From assembly GCA_051294375.1 (NCBI GenBank), contig CM119266.1:21155987-21219986 (forward strand): a stretch of 64,000 nucleotides of DNA, read 5' to 3'. Made by a program: the position numbers and the translations under genes. How positions within the stretch are numbered: the first letter of the stretch is position 1; the number at the start of each line of letters is the position of its first letter. The DNA comes from Paraspadella gotoi. Its lineage: Eukaryota; Animalia; Chaetognatha. The notes beneath the pieces are model-generated. The model saw only the letters and a program-made list of their open reading frames with translations. It was not told the DNA's origin and searched no databases. Of the stretch, positions 12,841 to 26,908 are shown piece after piece.

Positions 12841-13474
12841 ACAAATGAAGATAACGACGATGATAAAAAGATGACAGATGATATGAAGAAAAGATTCGTG
12901 TAAAAAAATAATGACAAATTCTAAGACGTTGGTGATTTTAAAGAGGGATGGGTATTTCAACGATTAGAAATATTAAAAAAAATATAAAATGATTTGTAAT
13001 TTACACTTTTACATATACGTATAATCTGGGAATGGAAAATTATTAAAATAAATAAAATAAGAATGTGAAACATGATGGTCTAAAATGATTAACAGAAGTA
13101 ATTAGCCATATCAAGAGAAATCGACGACGACGACGACGAAAACGACGATGACGACGAAAACGACGACGACGACGACGTGAAACGACGAAATCGGGCGACG
13201 ATTAACGGAGACTGACGAACGGCTAAGAACGACGTCAGCGGCGGCTGTCGCTCGTAAAAACCGGGCGCCATGGAAAAGGGCGCCGTAGCATCTCTCAATT
13301 CCATCGCCCCCTCCTACGCCCCCCTTCTCTTTCCCCGATATAAATCCTCTTTTGTCGATCTCGTACCTTTGCCCGCCGCGCCGAATGGAAAGGTATGATA
13401 CGCCGTCGTGGGCCGAGATTTCGAGAAAGGGGGGGATGAGGGCTGGCAATCTCCTTTGCGGAGGAGAGAGAGAG

Positions 13475-13515
<41 letters not shown>

Positions 13516-13789
13516 GAGAGAGAAGAGAGAGCAGAGAGAGAGATTTTTTATTATATCTGCCTCTGGGCCAGAGTACAATAACCTATTTCGTCGACGCTTG
13601 ATGGTCTGTTGTCAGATCTAAGTATTCTTTCACTTACCTGAAATCGGTGTGACGAGAGACGGAGGATAGGGAAGATGAGCGATGGAGGCGAGAGGGTGAG
13701 GATGGAGGATGGAAGGATGGAGGGAGGAGGGAAAGAAAACGGGAAATGAGGGAAAATGTAAGTTAATTTAATTAATGCAGCCAATCGTA

Positions 13790-15105
13790 CTTAAGGTGGG
13801 ATGCACTCACCAAGTTATAAATAGGGTAACCAAAGCTTGGATTTTGAAAAGTAGAGGTCCAGTGATTCCGAAAATGTATGCACCTTTATTATTTTTTCAG
13901 AAACGTTGGTGTTTTTCCGAATTTTATATCTAGCTATATAAAATAAAAGAAACCTATAAGAAGACGTTTGCAGCCCAACGGCGAACAGCGTGATTTTGAT
14001 GAATTTAACATTAATTTTACTTGAGGTTGAAGGTCACCAATTTATGAGGGGATTTTCCAAATTCATTTTTCTTCATAGGAAAAAAAAAAGAAATAATGAA
14101 ATTTTGGCGTTAAATCTAATATAGTTGAAAAGGAATAAATTTTCAAAAATCCTCTCATAGAATTTCTCCCACATTTCCATACTAACGAAAAAATAATTTT
14201 AGTTTATTTTTTTTTCAACACAGTTTTCGCTCACAACTCTTTTGTTTATTTTTTTTTATTTTTTAATTTTTTTTTCTGTAGATTTAAAGAACTGAAAGTC
14301 GAGCAGAGAATCCTAAAATCGACATGCTTTTTGGTAAAATCATGATTTTTCATTTCTAGTTTAAACTGATGGCTTACGTTCTCTGAGTGTTATCAAATTT
14401 TTTTAAATTTTTTTTTTTAAATTTAAAAAATGCTGTGACAACAAAAACACGGATGGGTGAACAAGGAGGAATGCTGCACAGGGGTTTACCTTATTTTCAT
14501 CTGTGGCAAACGGGTCAAGCTTTAAAGCCAGTTTTGAATGTGGGGAACAGAACTAATTGACAAGAGGAGAGAATAACGATTGTCCATCTTGAATCAGAGA
14601 CATCTATGGCACCATAGTGTTCTATCTGCAGAGGATCCGATCTGCAGATCCAATGGGACCCCCGGAAAAATTTTGTCCCCCCCCTTTGACTTTTAAAAAT
14701 TGTACAATTTTTGTATAACTCTTTTAGGTAAAAAAATGGTATAGGCATTCATTAACAATATGTATTCTGCACTCTCTTCTAACAAAAGTTTATATTTTCA
14801 TCCTTAATTGATACATTGACATCATAAGAATGACTAGCTTTAGGTATAGTTTAAAACTGAGGTAGCTGATGTTAATTGATAAAAAGAATTAAATTCGCTT
14901 TTTTAAAAAATGATTTAACCGTCTTGAATGAATTTTTTAGGTTTACCGATAAAAAAAATTGCCCGATTTTTGGTGGCTCTGAAGCTAAACCTTATCATTT
15001 GAAATTTTTTTTTATTTTAAACACGGAAGGAAATTACTTCTTTTACCATAAAAATAATTTGTATAGAAGCTTTATGCAATTCTTGTTTGAATGATCCAGG
15101 CCTTA
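13790..15105. mobile_element. Possible degenerate non-autonomous DNA transposon (TTAA-flanked)
   Basis: Starts ttaa|ggtgggat and ends atccaggcc|ttaa. The interior is AT-rich and lacks the CpG/GA-repeat character of its surroundings. The TIR match is weak. Confidence 0.25.
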
Positions 15106-15144
15106 ACAAATACGCAAGCATCCTAATTCAATTACTTATTCTAC

Positions 15145-15199
<55 letters not shown>

Positions 15200-16600
15200 T
15201 GCTTTTGTTTAAAACTTCTTCGTCCTTCATTTCGAAACAAAAAAGGAGCAAATAAATAAGGGAATCCATTTCTGCGAAGATATTTTTTCTTGAAAACGAC
15301 AGAGAGAATTTAAGAAATTATTCAGCGAACCCTCTGGGCCAGAAGGAAAGAGAAGGGAAAAGAGAGAGAGAGAGAGAGAGAAGAGGAGAAGAGAGAGAGA
15401 GAGAGAGAGAGCGAGAAGAGAGAGAGAGAGAGAGCAGAAGAGAGAGAGGTTATGAGAGCGAGAGTATAAAATAGAAATAGAGAAAAAAAATAGGAAAAAA
15501 GAAAAAAAAAACAGAAAAAGTAAAAACATTTTCTCTCCTCTATCTCTCTCTCTCTAATCCTCCCCATGCGCTCCTTTTTTTGCGGAGGGGGTGCTCCGGC
15601 CATATTTTATCTCCCCTCTCCTTCGCCATTCTTCAAAAGACGAGGTCAGCGAGCAGAGATGGAAAGCGTCGCGCGATAAAAGCCCAACCATGAAATGGTT
15701 AAACGTCTTTTTCGGACGCCTCGTAAATTTGGGGAAACAANNNNNNNNNNNNNNNNNNNNNNNNNNNNNNNNNNNNNNNNNNNNNNNNNNNNNNNNNNNN
15801 NNNNNNNNNNNNNNNNNNNNNNNNNNNNNNNNNNNNNNNNNNNNNNNNNNNNNNNNNNNNNNNNNNNNNNNNNNNNNNNNNNNNNNNNNNNNNNNNNNNN
15901 NNNNNNNNNNNNNNNNNNNNNNNNNNNNNNNNNNNNNNNNNNNNNNNNNNNNNNNNNNNNNNNNNNNNNNNNNNNTTTTTTTTTTCAAGGTGAAATTTCT
16001 GAATTGAGGATAAAATGAAATTTTGACGAAAAACCTTCATTTTAGGATTTAATGTTTTTTTTTCTTGAACGATGCCGCTAAGCGGTGAAAGCGAGAAGAA
16101 CAAAAACAAAAGAGTCATAGAATAATTTACTTCGTCGTTTTTCTATTTCGGCTTTTTGACTCATAAAGAAAACGGAAAATTGAATTCAGTCTTAAATCTT
16201 TTTTGAATTGGGGATAATATAAAAAAGTATCCAACAAAATTTAGCTTCGTATGGATGGGGGTAAAGATAAAGTCGGGATAATGATAGCTCATTTTAAAAC
16301 TCTCTGCTTTCTGAGCGTCAGGCGCAGGTTAACGGGAGAAGAATAATACTTAATAAATTCATTTATTAAGAAGTTTTGCGATCATTTCATTTCTCTCGTA
16401 CAGATATAATTAAAAAATGCGAGGAACAATTCTAAGGATTGCGACCTTCAACCAAAAATAACTGTTCTTTGTTCGGCGAACAAAGTTGTAACGAGAATTT
16501 CATCAGAGAGATGTTACAATTTCAAGGCTTTCTTGATCATTTAATGTCAAAAATTGTTCTGTAAAAGGCAAATAAGGCAGAGAGAAAGCAAGAAAGAGAG

Positions 16601-16661
<61 letters not shown>

Positions 16662-16891
16662 AAGAAACCTTGCCAACCCGAGATGAATCCTCAGAAATAT
16701 TTTTGACTGTCTCCTAAACTTTATTTTAAATGTCATAAGAATTACGTGACGAGACGGTTTTATTTAGTGTTAGTGCTTTTTACTCATCGCGGCTCGTGTA
16801 TAAAATTTCAACCGATTATAATTGGGTAAATTTAATAAACTTTTATAGAGTGTAAAAGCAAAAATGCGTTCCGTCTGTCGGCCTGCCGGTC

Positions 16892-16969
<78 letters not shown>

Positions 16970-17099
16970 GTCTACGTCAAAGATCTGTTAGATTTTAGGT
17001 CGGGGTGTAAGATGACAACACAAATAAGATACGGCGGTGGATGAATGCAGCGAGAGAGTCGGCGCTGGCGGGAGAGATATCATCATCATATCAACAGCA

Positions 17100-17215
17100 G
17101 CGCTATTATGCGAACAAATTCGACAGTGCGGCCTTGGGACGAGTTGGTGTGCAATGTGCAACGTACGATGTGCAACGAACGTAATAATATAATAATATTT
17201 AAAGTTAACATTATT
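17100..17215 (-). pseudogene. Degenerate BCL11-like tandem C2H2 remnant (ZF2-ZF3 position)
   Basis: Single frame NFKYYYIITFVAHRTLHIAHQLVPRPHCRICSH versus BCL11 [28 protein letters not shown]. Confidence 0.3.
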
Positions 17216-17886
17216 GACGTCGTGCGAGGGCGAGCTGGAAAAACCTCCTTCCATTTCTCTTCTCTTTTCTCTCTGACAGAGATAAAAGCTTCCACCACCG
17301 AAAAATCCCATTCCTTAATTGGTTATGACACCCACTTAAACGATATCAGATTCTCGATTTTTTTTGGGGGGGAGAGATGAGTTAGAGAGAAAAGAGAGGA
17401 GAGAGAGACAAGAAAATGAAAATATATTTTTATGAATAAAAAAATTTGTTTACAAAATACATTTATTCACTCCCGATATTAGTTTTCGGTTTAAAAACCA
17501 CCGAGAGGAAAAACAATGCCAATCGTTTTGAAAATCGTAAACCTAAAATGAAAAAAAAGAGAAAGTTAAGTTAATTTCTAATTTTAGGTGAGCAAACGAG
17601 GAAAGTAAAAAGTAAATTAATTTAGAGAGAAAAAAATCTGTCGCCATCATAACGACCAAAAAATTAAACGGTAATTGTTTAGGTGTCTGGATAAAAAATA
17701 GAAAAAAAATAGAAAAAAAATAGAATTAGTGATTTTAGTTTAAGCTGAACCGGGGCAAGGCGATACTATGTACGAAAAGCAGTTTGTTAAAATTTAGAAA
17801 GGGAGAGGGACAGAGCAAGAAGAATAGAAGAAAATGGTGAGCCATTTTCATATTTCCGGCCAGTCGTCTGTGGGGCCAATTGTCCC

Positions 17887-17981
<95 letters not shown>

Positions 17982-18199
17982 GCCATTCCCATACCGGCGG
18001 CCGATTGATCAAATATTCCCTCATTAACTTTGCTCTTCCTCTTCCCACAGAAGACAGAATCGTGGGGGACAAAAAATCGGATCTTTCGGTCATCGGTTTC
18101 GGCCTCTGGGTCAGTATCCTCCCTTTTTAGGTGAGACATCGATTCTTGACACCACCTCCTCCTCCTCCTTCTCCTCCTACTCATCCAAATGCCGGAGAT

Positions 18200-18300
18200 G
18201 ACACTCGGTCGTCGCGCGCGTTTATGAAATGCAGACACGTGCGACGCCACGCGGTCGAGTTCATCCCTCAAATCGAACCAACAAATTTGCAGATGTTCAT
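18200..18300 (-). pseudogene. Degenerate BCL11-like single C2H2 remnant (ZF1 position)
   Basis: Two frames give ICK...NSTAW and SHVSAFH versus BCL11 Y(T/I)CTTCKQPF(T/N)SAWFLLQHAQNTH (HxxxxH spacing). Contains a stop and a frameshift. Confidence 0.2.
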
Positions 18301-18439
18301 TTTTTTTCGTTGGAAAAATGAAGGGTACAACTTCACGGTCATAGCTCCAGTGTTCGCATAGTTTATTATATAAATTTTGTATGCCGTGCCCATGCGTAAT
18401 TTCTATTGTATCGAAATTATATCAAAATCTAAAGGACAG

Positions 18440-18945
18440 TTGTACCCCACTTCTGTTTGTTTATCCCAGGATTTAATTTTATACATGTTTTTAATATTTA
18501 AGAACCAATCCATAATTCTAATCACTAATCTTAAACTCTAACCCTAAAACATTATCCCTAATTTCTAACTCTAATCTTCAATCTTTAAAATTTTTCCCTA
18601 ACCTAACTAATAACAAACCAAGTCCCTAACCTTAATTACTAACCTAATTCCTAACCTAATCTTTAACCCTAACCTCATTGTGATTAAACTTTCTTTCGTT
18701 GTGTTTTTAGATATTTGAAATTAAAGACGAAGTCTTGATACAGCAACGATTTTATTTTTATTGTACAGACAAGTTTCGGCTTTCATTCAAGCCGAAACTT
18801 GTCTGTACAATAAAAATAAAATCGTTGCTGTATCAAGACTTCGTCTTTAATTTCAAATAACCCTAACCTCTAACCTAATCATTAGTTAAAAAAATTAACT
18901 TAATTCCGAATTTAAGATAAAATAGGGCGTTCTGGAAATATAAGG
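18440..18945 (+). mobile_element. Dispersed repeat with an internal degenerate (CCCTAA)n tract, copy 1
   Basis: ttctgtttgtttatcccag followed by degenerate ccctaa/ctctaa/cctaat units. An inverted homologous copy lies at 44665-44905. Confidence 0.65.
18712..18859. repeat. Perfect inverted repeat (71-bp arms, 6-nt loop), Penelope-like pLTR remnant
   Basis: 18712-18782 is the exact reverse complement of 18789-18859. The centre is gtttcggctt-tcattc-aagccgaaac, and the right arm contains aataaa. Confidence 0.9.
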
Positions 18946-21445
18946 CCAAGTGGTTATATCTGGATTACTTTTGTGTGCGATATCAAAAAAATTAAATAGA
19001 GAGAGTTTAGAAGTTTCGGACAAGCGCTTTATATACGTACAAACTCTTCCTTATTTCTCTTTCACCTCCCGTGTTTTGATTTGCTTACCACATCTTGTTA
19101 TCACAGACAGGATCTATCTCGATCGCCCATAACACGCTCGGGGCGATCTCCCCTCTTCCTTTATGCAAATGATATCCTTCAAGTGACCCCCAACTCCCTC
19201 GCCCGAAAAAGCCTCCGCCGATCGAGACCCTCGCGGCGACGTGTCACGTGATCTAAGGTATCACGCGAACCGGGGTTAATTTTTTTTCCTTTAAGGGTTT
19301 TTTTTTGGGTGGACTGTGCTTGACGTTTGAATACTGGCATTGCTGGCGATGACGAAACAACAGCACCTTCTATCGCTATAGCTATCGCTGAACGTCATCA
19401 TTTATTTTTTTCCCGATCTTGTCGACACCGTGTTTTTTTGTTTTTTTTCCTGGGCGATCGATCCGAGACGTCGGGAGGCGCGGCTTTCGACGCTGAACAA
19501 CAACAAACAAAAGACGTAAACGCGATTTGACTGAGATACGATCGAGTCAGGGGCAGAGTGGGTCGAGGCCAGAAAGCGCGGCCATCCATCAACTGAGCCT
19601 TGGACGAAGACGAGCGCGATAATTGTACGAGTCTCTTTATCAAATATCAAAAACAATAACAAAAAACAATAATTCCCCGTTAAGGAGGGGAAAAATAATC
19701 AAAATATTAATATTTTCCTCGCTATCCACTTCGGCGTTACGTGTTTTCGCTCCGTTGTCTAAACAAATATTCCTAGAGCGAATTTCTTCGCAGAGTCAAC
19801 AGGATTCGATATCATAAATCGAAGCCGCTCGATATTTCACGCGGATTTCACAACATCGCTGCATCAATAACATTTTCCCCTTCTCCCCCTTTTCCATCTC
19901 CTTACGACTTCCGCCCGATCTTAATTCGTTACATCAACTTCCTTCTGCAACGCATTTCCCGTAATCCATCTCCCCTGTGTTATCGTCGTTATCGTCGTTT
20001 TCGTTGTCGTCGTCGTCTTCAAAGCGATTTCCCGTGGTAACCTTCGTAACTATGAACACATCCTTTTTCCGTTTTCTCACTTAGGGTTCTTTGGCTCAAT
20101 GGCAGGGTTTACTTTTTGCTTCAGACAAGAGCCGCACTACAGACAAGTTGTAGTCTACATATATATATACTGTTACACTTAATCGCGCAAAATAGTTTTC
20201 TCAAACTTCCGTGTGTTTTCATAACGAAGGTGCATTTTCTTGCGAAAAAAAAATCGTCTCTTTTCGGGTTCACCTTTCTCACAACCTCATTCCCAGATCT
20301 ATTAGGTTGTTTCAACCCCACTGCCTCTCTGCACTCACCCCTCAGACACCCCGAGCCTTAGCACCCCAGTCTATTTCCTTTAATCCTAACAACGCTATAT
20401 CTTTGCCCGTCGGCTACGTTCTGACCTCAATACTCTTACAACTCGGAATCCCGAAAGGGAGGGGAGCGGGGAAAAGGGGCGAGTTGTGGACGGAAGAGAA
20501 AAGCTGAGCGAGAAGATGCTGACGCTGGAAATAAGCGGCAGCGGCCGCCAAAGGCGCGGCAGGAACCGCGGTGAGACAAAGCCACAAACTTTCTCTGAAA
20601 TTCAGTTTCTAGATTCTGAGAGGATATATTTTGTATCCTGGTATAATAACTAGACCCTAACCGCAGAAATCAATTCGACTACCGCGGTTGTTTTGTGAAG
20701 AAAGCAAAAAAACGTTGTAGCGTAGAGACGATGCTACACACAGCAATGTCTAGAATAATAATAAAAAGTTTTCCCACCATAATTACTAGAATGTGTCTCC
20801 CGAATAAAACAATTCCTGCGAAAAAAAACTTAAACACCCAAAACCTAAGAAACAGAAAACCAAAGATATCACTGAAAACAGATCACCCATTAAAAAACAA
20901 CTGAAAAAACTCCAAACTAAACAGTAAAAAACACAAAATACGATTTTTTCCCCAAAACACGAAATAGAAAACTCTCGACGCCGGGTCGGATATCATATTC
21001 GTGTCAAAGGTTAATAAGGCGAACGAGACTCTAACACCTCGTCGAAACCCGAGGCGACTAAATCGCTCTCCGTTTAGCCAAAATCATTTTTAATTAATAA
21101 TTTTTTCTTTGTGGACATTAATAAAAAAATGGGACGGGTGCCAATGGAGATGGTGGCGTTCGCCGTCGGTGGAATGGTGGTGGGTTTAAGGTGGTTGGAG
21201 AGTCGAGAGATGCGGGAGGTTGGCCGGAGATTGGGTCGGTGGTGTTCGATTGGGTAATGGAATTGTTAAAGGTACTGGGTTAACAGTCGAGTAGTGATTT
21301 GGGATTTTCTAAGTTGGATTTTCCAGAAATTACTTTAGTAGTCTTATTTGTTTATCTTGGTGAGCTGGTTGTAGTTTGGTGGTCAAAAGTTGGACCGAGG
21401 TAAGTTAAATGGTGAGTCTCGGACGGATGGGCGACAGACACTTCT

Positions 21446-21648
21446 TCAACCGTCGCAGCGCAAGTCGGACATTCCGTCCTTGTGGATGATTAGCGTCAAT
21501 AGTTTTGATAGGGTGACGAAACTCGTCGTTGTTGTACCAGTTGTCATTGTTGTACGAAACTTAAAATACTTGAGGTCATCCAGCGTTTGGAACGACGTGG
21601 GGTCGTCCTTCTTAAACCTCTCAAGGTTTAAAACGAAGAGATACTCAA
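21446..21648 (-). pseudogene. Candidate exon 2 of the MSRRKQ gene; degenerate C2HC (ZF0)-like segment
   Basis: Acceptor ttctccccag| is phase-1 compatible with exon 31158-31221. The frame contains DDL...MTTGTTTTSFVTLSKLLTLIIHK versus BCL11 [24 protein letters not shown], with both Cys absent. Confidence 0.3.
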
Positions 21649-22515
21649 CTGGGGAGAATAAAACCAGTAAACTCAAACTTTTCGGAAAGGGAAAGAGAAA
21701 CAGAGAGAGACAGAGAGAGAAAAAAAACCGCGAAAATAAACTGTCGATCGAAATTAAAGACGATGAAAATTTGAGGAATTATCCGTGACCGTTTTGACAA
21801 GTTTACGTCAAAATATTTTCTAAATACGAAACAAAGAATTGAATAAAAAAGTTTTAAATTGAGAGATCGAAGCATGTACACTTTACCCCAAGACACGCAA
21901 CCTCGAAAAGAACAAAGAATGTTATTGTGTGTGTGTGCGAGTGTTTTTATGTGTGTCGATGGGTGTAGAGGGCCCAAAAATTCGTCAAGGTCTCCACAAA
22001 GAACGAAAGTAATCTTTTTTTTTTGTCTTTTTTTAGAAAAAGAAATGGCAACCTTGTGCTCGAGACTAAAACGAACAGAAGAAGAAGCTTCGATTTAACA
22101 AAGTTTTCCGTCGCGATAGGAAGCGCGCGGATGTTGTCGGCATTGTTCAAAAAAGATAATTTAGTTCGGAATGTTTAATAAAGTTAAACGCGACCCGGTA
22201 TAAATAAAATGGAGGGCGAAGTCAATGTCCAAAACTTAATGAACTCCATTGAGTTATGACGCCTTCTAGAATTTCTCCACTTTTTTTTGGAAGGCCATAA
22301 ATTAATAAGTATAATAACCGTTACTGACGGAGCGAATAATAATAAGAATCGAGTTCGAGACCCGAAAAAAAAAAGAAGAAAAAACACACAATTTTTGAAG
22401 GAAAGAAATTTACTGAGACTGTTTGAATAAGTTATATGCCTTAATTTTTAATGCGCCAGTGTAAATAAAATCTTTTCTTTCGCTTTCTTTTCACATTTTA
22501 TCCTTGTTCTTTCTT

Positions 22516-22516
<1 letters not shown>

Positions 22517-22606
<90 letters not shown>

Positions 22607-22632
22607 ATCTTTCTATCTACCTATCTATCTAT
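22517..22632 (+). repeat. (CTAT)n tetranucleotide microsatellite
   Basis: More than 20 consecutive ctat units, directly visible. Confidence 0.97.
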
Positions 22633-24142
22633 ATCTTTTTTCTATATTTTTTCCCCGATTTATTTAGTTCGTTTTTTTTTTTTTGTCTTTTTCAAAATCT
22701 AATATTTAAATAAAGGTGCAAAAAAATAAAGATTTTGTAAACAAGATCAGTTAAAATCTGGTTGACTTTTTTCGCGCCCGATCGGTTTACTGAAATCGAG
22801 AAAAAAGGAAGCGAAACCCAAGAATAGCGAAAAAAAATATTCAAGAGTATCAACTGACTAAAATGTTTGACAAAATTGGAAAAAAATGTTTTATATATAA
22901 GACTGTTTCAAACAGACTGTAAATAATTCGCCAGATTTTTAACGACAGTAGCGACAAGGGTATTGTTTACTTTAAAATCATAACAAACGACAAAATTTCC
23001 GTTACCAAATCTATTTCGGAAGTCAATAAAAATGACTCGATAAAAAATTAACTAAAACTCAAACTAACTTAAAATTAATGAAAAACTTTTAAAATTAATA
23101 AATTTCGCCTCTATTCTGAAATAAAATCTGTATTTTGGAATAAGTAAGTTTGTGTAAAATAAAAAAAATTGTCCGCGTTCATCATTTTGAAATGAAGTTC
23201 CAAAATTTGATTTAAAAATAGAACGAAAAAAATAATGTTCAACGTATTCCTCTTCGGTTTTGATTAAGAAAGGGAGATTTTGAGCAAATAACAGGATGAC
23301 CTCAATTATGGTTTGTAGGGTAAATCTGTCAGAAAAGCTCACTACTTCGACTTCGCTACTAATTTTTCACTTTTTGTTTATCTTCTCACTCCTAAAAATT
23401 CCTTGGACGATTTTTAAAAAAAAAATATCATCCAAAAGAAATGTATATCTGGGATTAGAAGAAAAAATGTGGGAGGGAATAAAAAATAATAGGGAGAAAT
23501 TTTTTTTTTTTTTCAAAAAGAAAAAGAATTAAAGATTTGTTTTAATCGAATCTTTCGGTCACAACGTGTAGAGTAAAACCCGACATATACCAATCGCTCA
23601 AACGTAAATACAGCTGAAGCAACTCGGAACGAATCTTCGCGATCAGTTGTCTCAAATTGAAAGCGACAATAAAGATCAATTTAAAGAAATTACCCGTCAA
23701 ATCTCATCGCACTGTGTAATGATAAATGATCGGTTCGTTGACCGAGACGCCCCGGCCCGGCAGCCCAGCCTTTCTTCGCCACAAAATGAAAAAAAAAATT
23801 AGTTCTTTTTTTCAAAGAATAATTTTTATTTTAAAAAAAAGTAGTTTTTAAAAAATTAAATAAAATTAAAAAGGATAAAAAGTACAAAGTCACGAAAAGG
23901 CGATTTTGAGAGTTAAGAGATGAATGCCCGTTTTGAATTGAATAATAAAATGGATATTTTTCGTATTGCTAAAGAAAAAGTATACTTGTCTTAATAACCT
24001 GGGCTGCTTGAAGTTGATATATTAAGGAGAAAACCATTGTTTGATTTATAACTAGAGTGCGTATTTGAGGAACCTAACACCTGGCATCATCTGCCATACA
24101 TCTGTAGCTGAAGCGATCGGTTGACAAGTTATATGAAATTGG

Positions 24143-24300
24143 TACAACCAATATAAAAATTATCCAGTATCCATTCATTTAATAAATAAGCTATCTTGCC
24201 CCTGACTTTGGACAAGCTTTGGTGGTTTAAGGCCTCCATCACTCATATATTTTTTTAACGAAGCAAAGACAGTTTTCCGACTTCAGAGTGAGATCGGACA
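24143..24300 (+). mobile_element. Short dispersed repeat (SINE/MITE fragment), copy 1
   Basis: tacaacc..aaattatcca..ttcattta..aagctatcttgcccctgactttggacaagctttggtggtttaaggcctccatcact, shared with 49582-49675 and 55588-55745. Confidence 0.85.
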
Positions 24301-24473
24301 AGTCAATTAATAGGTTAAGTTCTTAACAGACTTTGAATAGAAGCAGGTTTATTCTCTCTCTCCGTCTATGAATCGTATTGACAGCAGTAATTATTTTTGA
24401 TTTGTTTGATTGAAGCGAAATCAGATCGTGATTTTTTGCCGTATGAAGCGATTGCATGAGGTCGCTAGCTACT

Positions 24474-24663
24474 TGTGGTTGCTGCATTGGTGCATGCGCT
24501 TTTCTTTTACGTGTGATTGCTGCATTGGCGATTGAGATTTCCTTTTATATGGGGTTGCAGTATCATTTCACAAGACTCTCTTTTGCGTGTGGTTGCTGCA
24601 TTGGTGCATGCGCTTTTCTTTCGCATGTGGTTGCAGCATTGTGTGCAGGAGATATTCTTTCAT
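24474..24663 (+). repeat. 38-bp minisatellite, five degenerate units
   Basis: Core tg(t/g)g(g/a)ttgc(t/a)g(c/t)at recurs at 24474, 24512, 24550, 24588 and 24626. Units 1 and 4 are identical over 34 bp. Confidence 0.85.
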
Positions 24664-25306
24664 GCGGAAAAAAAAATTGAGTGAGGGAGTCGATTCTAGA
24701 TTTTGTTTTGAGGCAGAAAATAAATCTCGTCGCTAAAAAATCTCATGTGGGAAGATTTTCATCCCCTCGACAGAAATCGAAGGAGAAAATATAAGGAAAG
24801 AAACGAGGAGAAAAAAAAGGAGGAAAAAAAAGGAAATGGGGGAGAAAAGGAAAGAAAAAAGAAAAGAAAAAAATCTCCCTCCTCGTCGTCGTCGTCGTCG
24901 TCGTCGTCGACGGCGATATCGTCGTCGATATCGTCGTCGCCTTCCGTGACGTTGATGATGAAATGTCGCCGAGGTCTGTTGTCATAGGAACGAATATCAA
25001 CATCATCAAAACACACGGAGGAGGCGATATACCGAAGGGGGTTGCGTTAGAAAGAGGTTTTTTTTTGGAAGGGGGGGGAGAGAATGGGGATGCGGAAACA
25101 AGAAGGGGGGGTTTGAGAAGAAAGAATATTTAGAGATGGTTTGAAGGCTCGAGGTTTAAATCACGCTTAAACAATGCGTGTTAATATGTTATAATGAATA
25201 AGTAAACGGCCTGGCGAAGGGATCAACGAAAAGACGATGGAAGCCTAAAATAGTGACAACTTTCGATCTCTCTATCTTGCTATCTCTCTCTCTCTCTCTC
25301 TCTCAG

Positions 25307-25355
<49 letters not shown>

Positions 25356-25544
25356 CTCTCTCTTCTCCGTCTCTCTCTCTCTCTCTTTTCTTTCATCTTC
25401 GGCAATTCGTCCAAAATAAGAAAAGATTTCAAGAGTGAGAACGACACCTTATCTTCAGGGAATCAACAGAGAATCAAGACGAAGACAACAGAACCTGGAA
25501 ATGAAAAGGTCATGAGAAGAAAAGAATATATATGAAAGGGAGAC

Positions 25545-25622
<78 letters not shown>

Positions 25623-26419
25623 ACACAGAGAGAGAAAAACAAAAAGGGAGAGAGAGATGACACTCAATAGTCAATACATCACTGCTTTGCGTCAACGAAT
25701 CATCTTATATAAATATCAAGAGCACAAAAGACATTATCTTGCACAGATTACGCCTAGAGTTAAAATATAAAATAAAAACCATATAATAAGAATCCGTGAG
25801 AAAGAAAATACGTAGCCCCTGTTACAGAAAGGATCTGTACTCACAACCGCTTTTCATGTGAGTTACAATCAGTGACATGTTGAAATAGGACAAATCATAA
25901 AATTTACTTAAATTCCATTATATGAATTTTCGGCATTATCAATAAAATCAAATAAAAAAAAACAAGAACGACCTTAATTAAGGTGGAAATAAAGGTGGAA
26001 ATTAAGAAGGAAGTTAACGTGGAAGATCGAATTTCCAAGCGGAAATAGGGTTAGGAGATTCCATCCCTCGACCGGAAACAAAAATTCCATTTTTCCATTG
26101 TTTCCGCTTCGAAATTCCGGCGACACCGAAAGGCCTCGTAAACAACGGGGAGCCTTGTCTCATTAAAAACTCTAATCCTTCGTAATGAAGAGTCTCCCTC
26201 AACCGGGGGTGCGCGGCAAAAGGCAATTACATACGGGCGCGGAGCACCTGATTCATAACGCGGATGTAATTGACGACGATGGTCAGGAGGAGGGAGAGAA
26301 ATAAAAAAAAAATCGAACATCGCCGCGGGGGACGGCTGAACCTCCGGCGAGAAGGGGCACGTTAGGGAAGAGAGAAAGAAAGAGATAGAGAGAGAGAGAA
26401 AGAGATGGAGAGAGAAAAG

Positions 26420-26573
<154 letters not shown>

Positions 26574-26683
26574 ATGAAAGAATTAAAGAGAAAAAGTAAA
26601 AAAAATGAAAGTGAGAAAACAATAAAAGAATAATTCATCAACGTATTCGATCTCGTTTTGTCGTTTTTTTGCTGGTGCATATT

Positions 26684-26746
26684 AGTGAAACAGTGATACA
26701 GTGAAACAGTGAAACAGTGAAACAGTAAAACAGTGAAACAGTGAAA
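26684..26746 (+). repeat. (CAGTGAAA)n octamer tandem repeat, about 8 units
   Basis: Directly visible, with two variant units (cagtgata, cagtaaaa). Confidence 0.92.
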
Positions 26747-26874
26747 GGGTGCTTTTGCCCCGGACCTTTGTCCGTTCTCTCAGTCTCAGTGGGTTAATTA
26801 ATGCAGTCGCCTCGAATTTGTGATTCACCACCTCGCGTTTCTGGGTGCATATTTTCCCCTTTTTGGACCAGATA

Positions 26875-26908
<34 letters not shown>

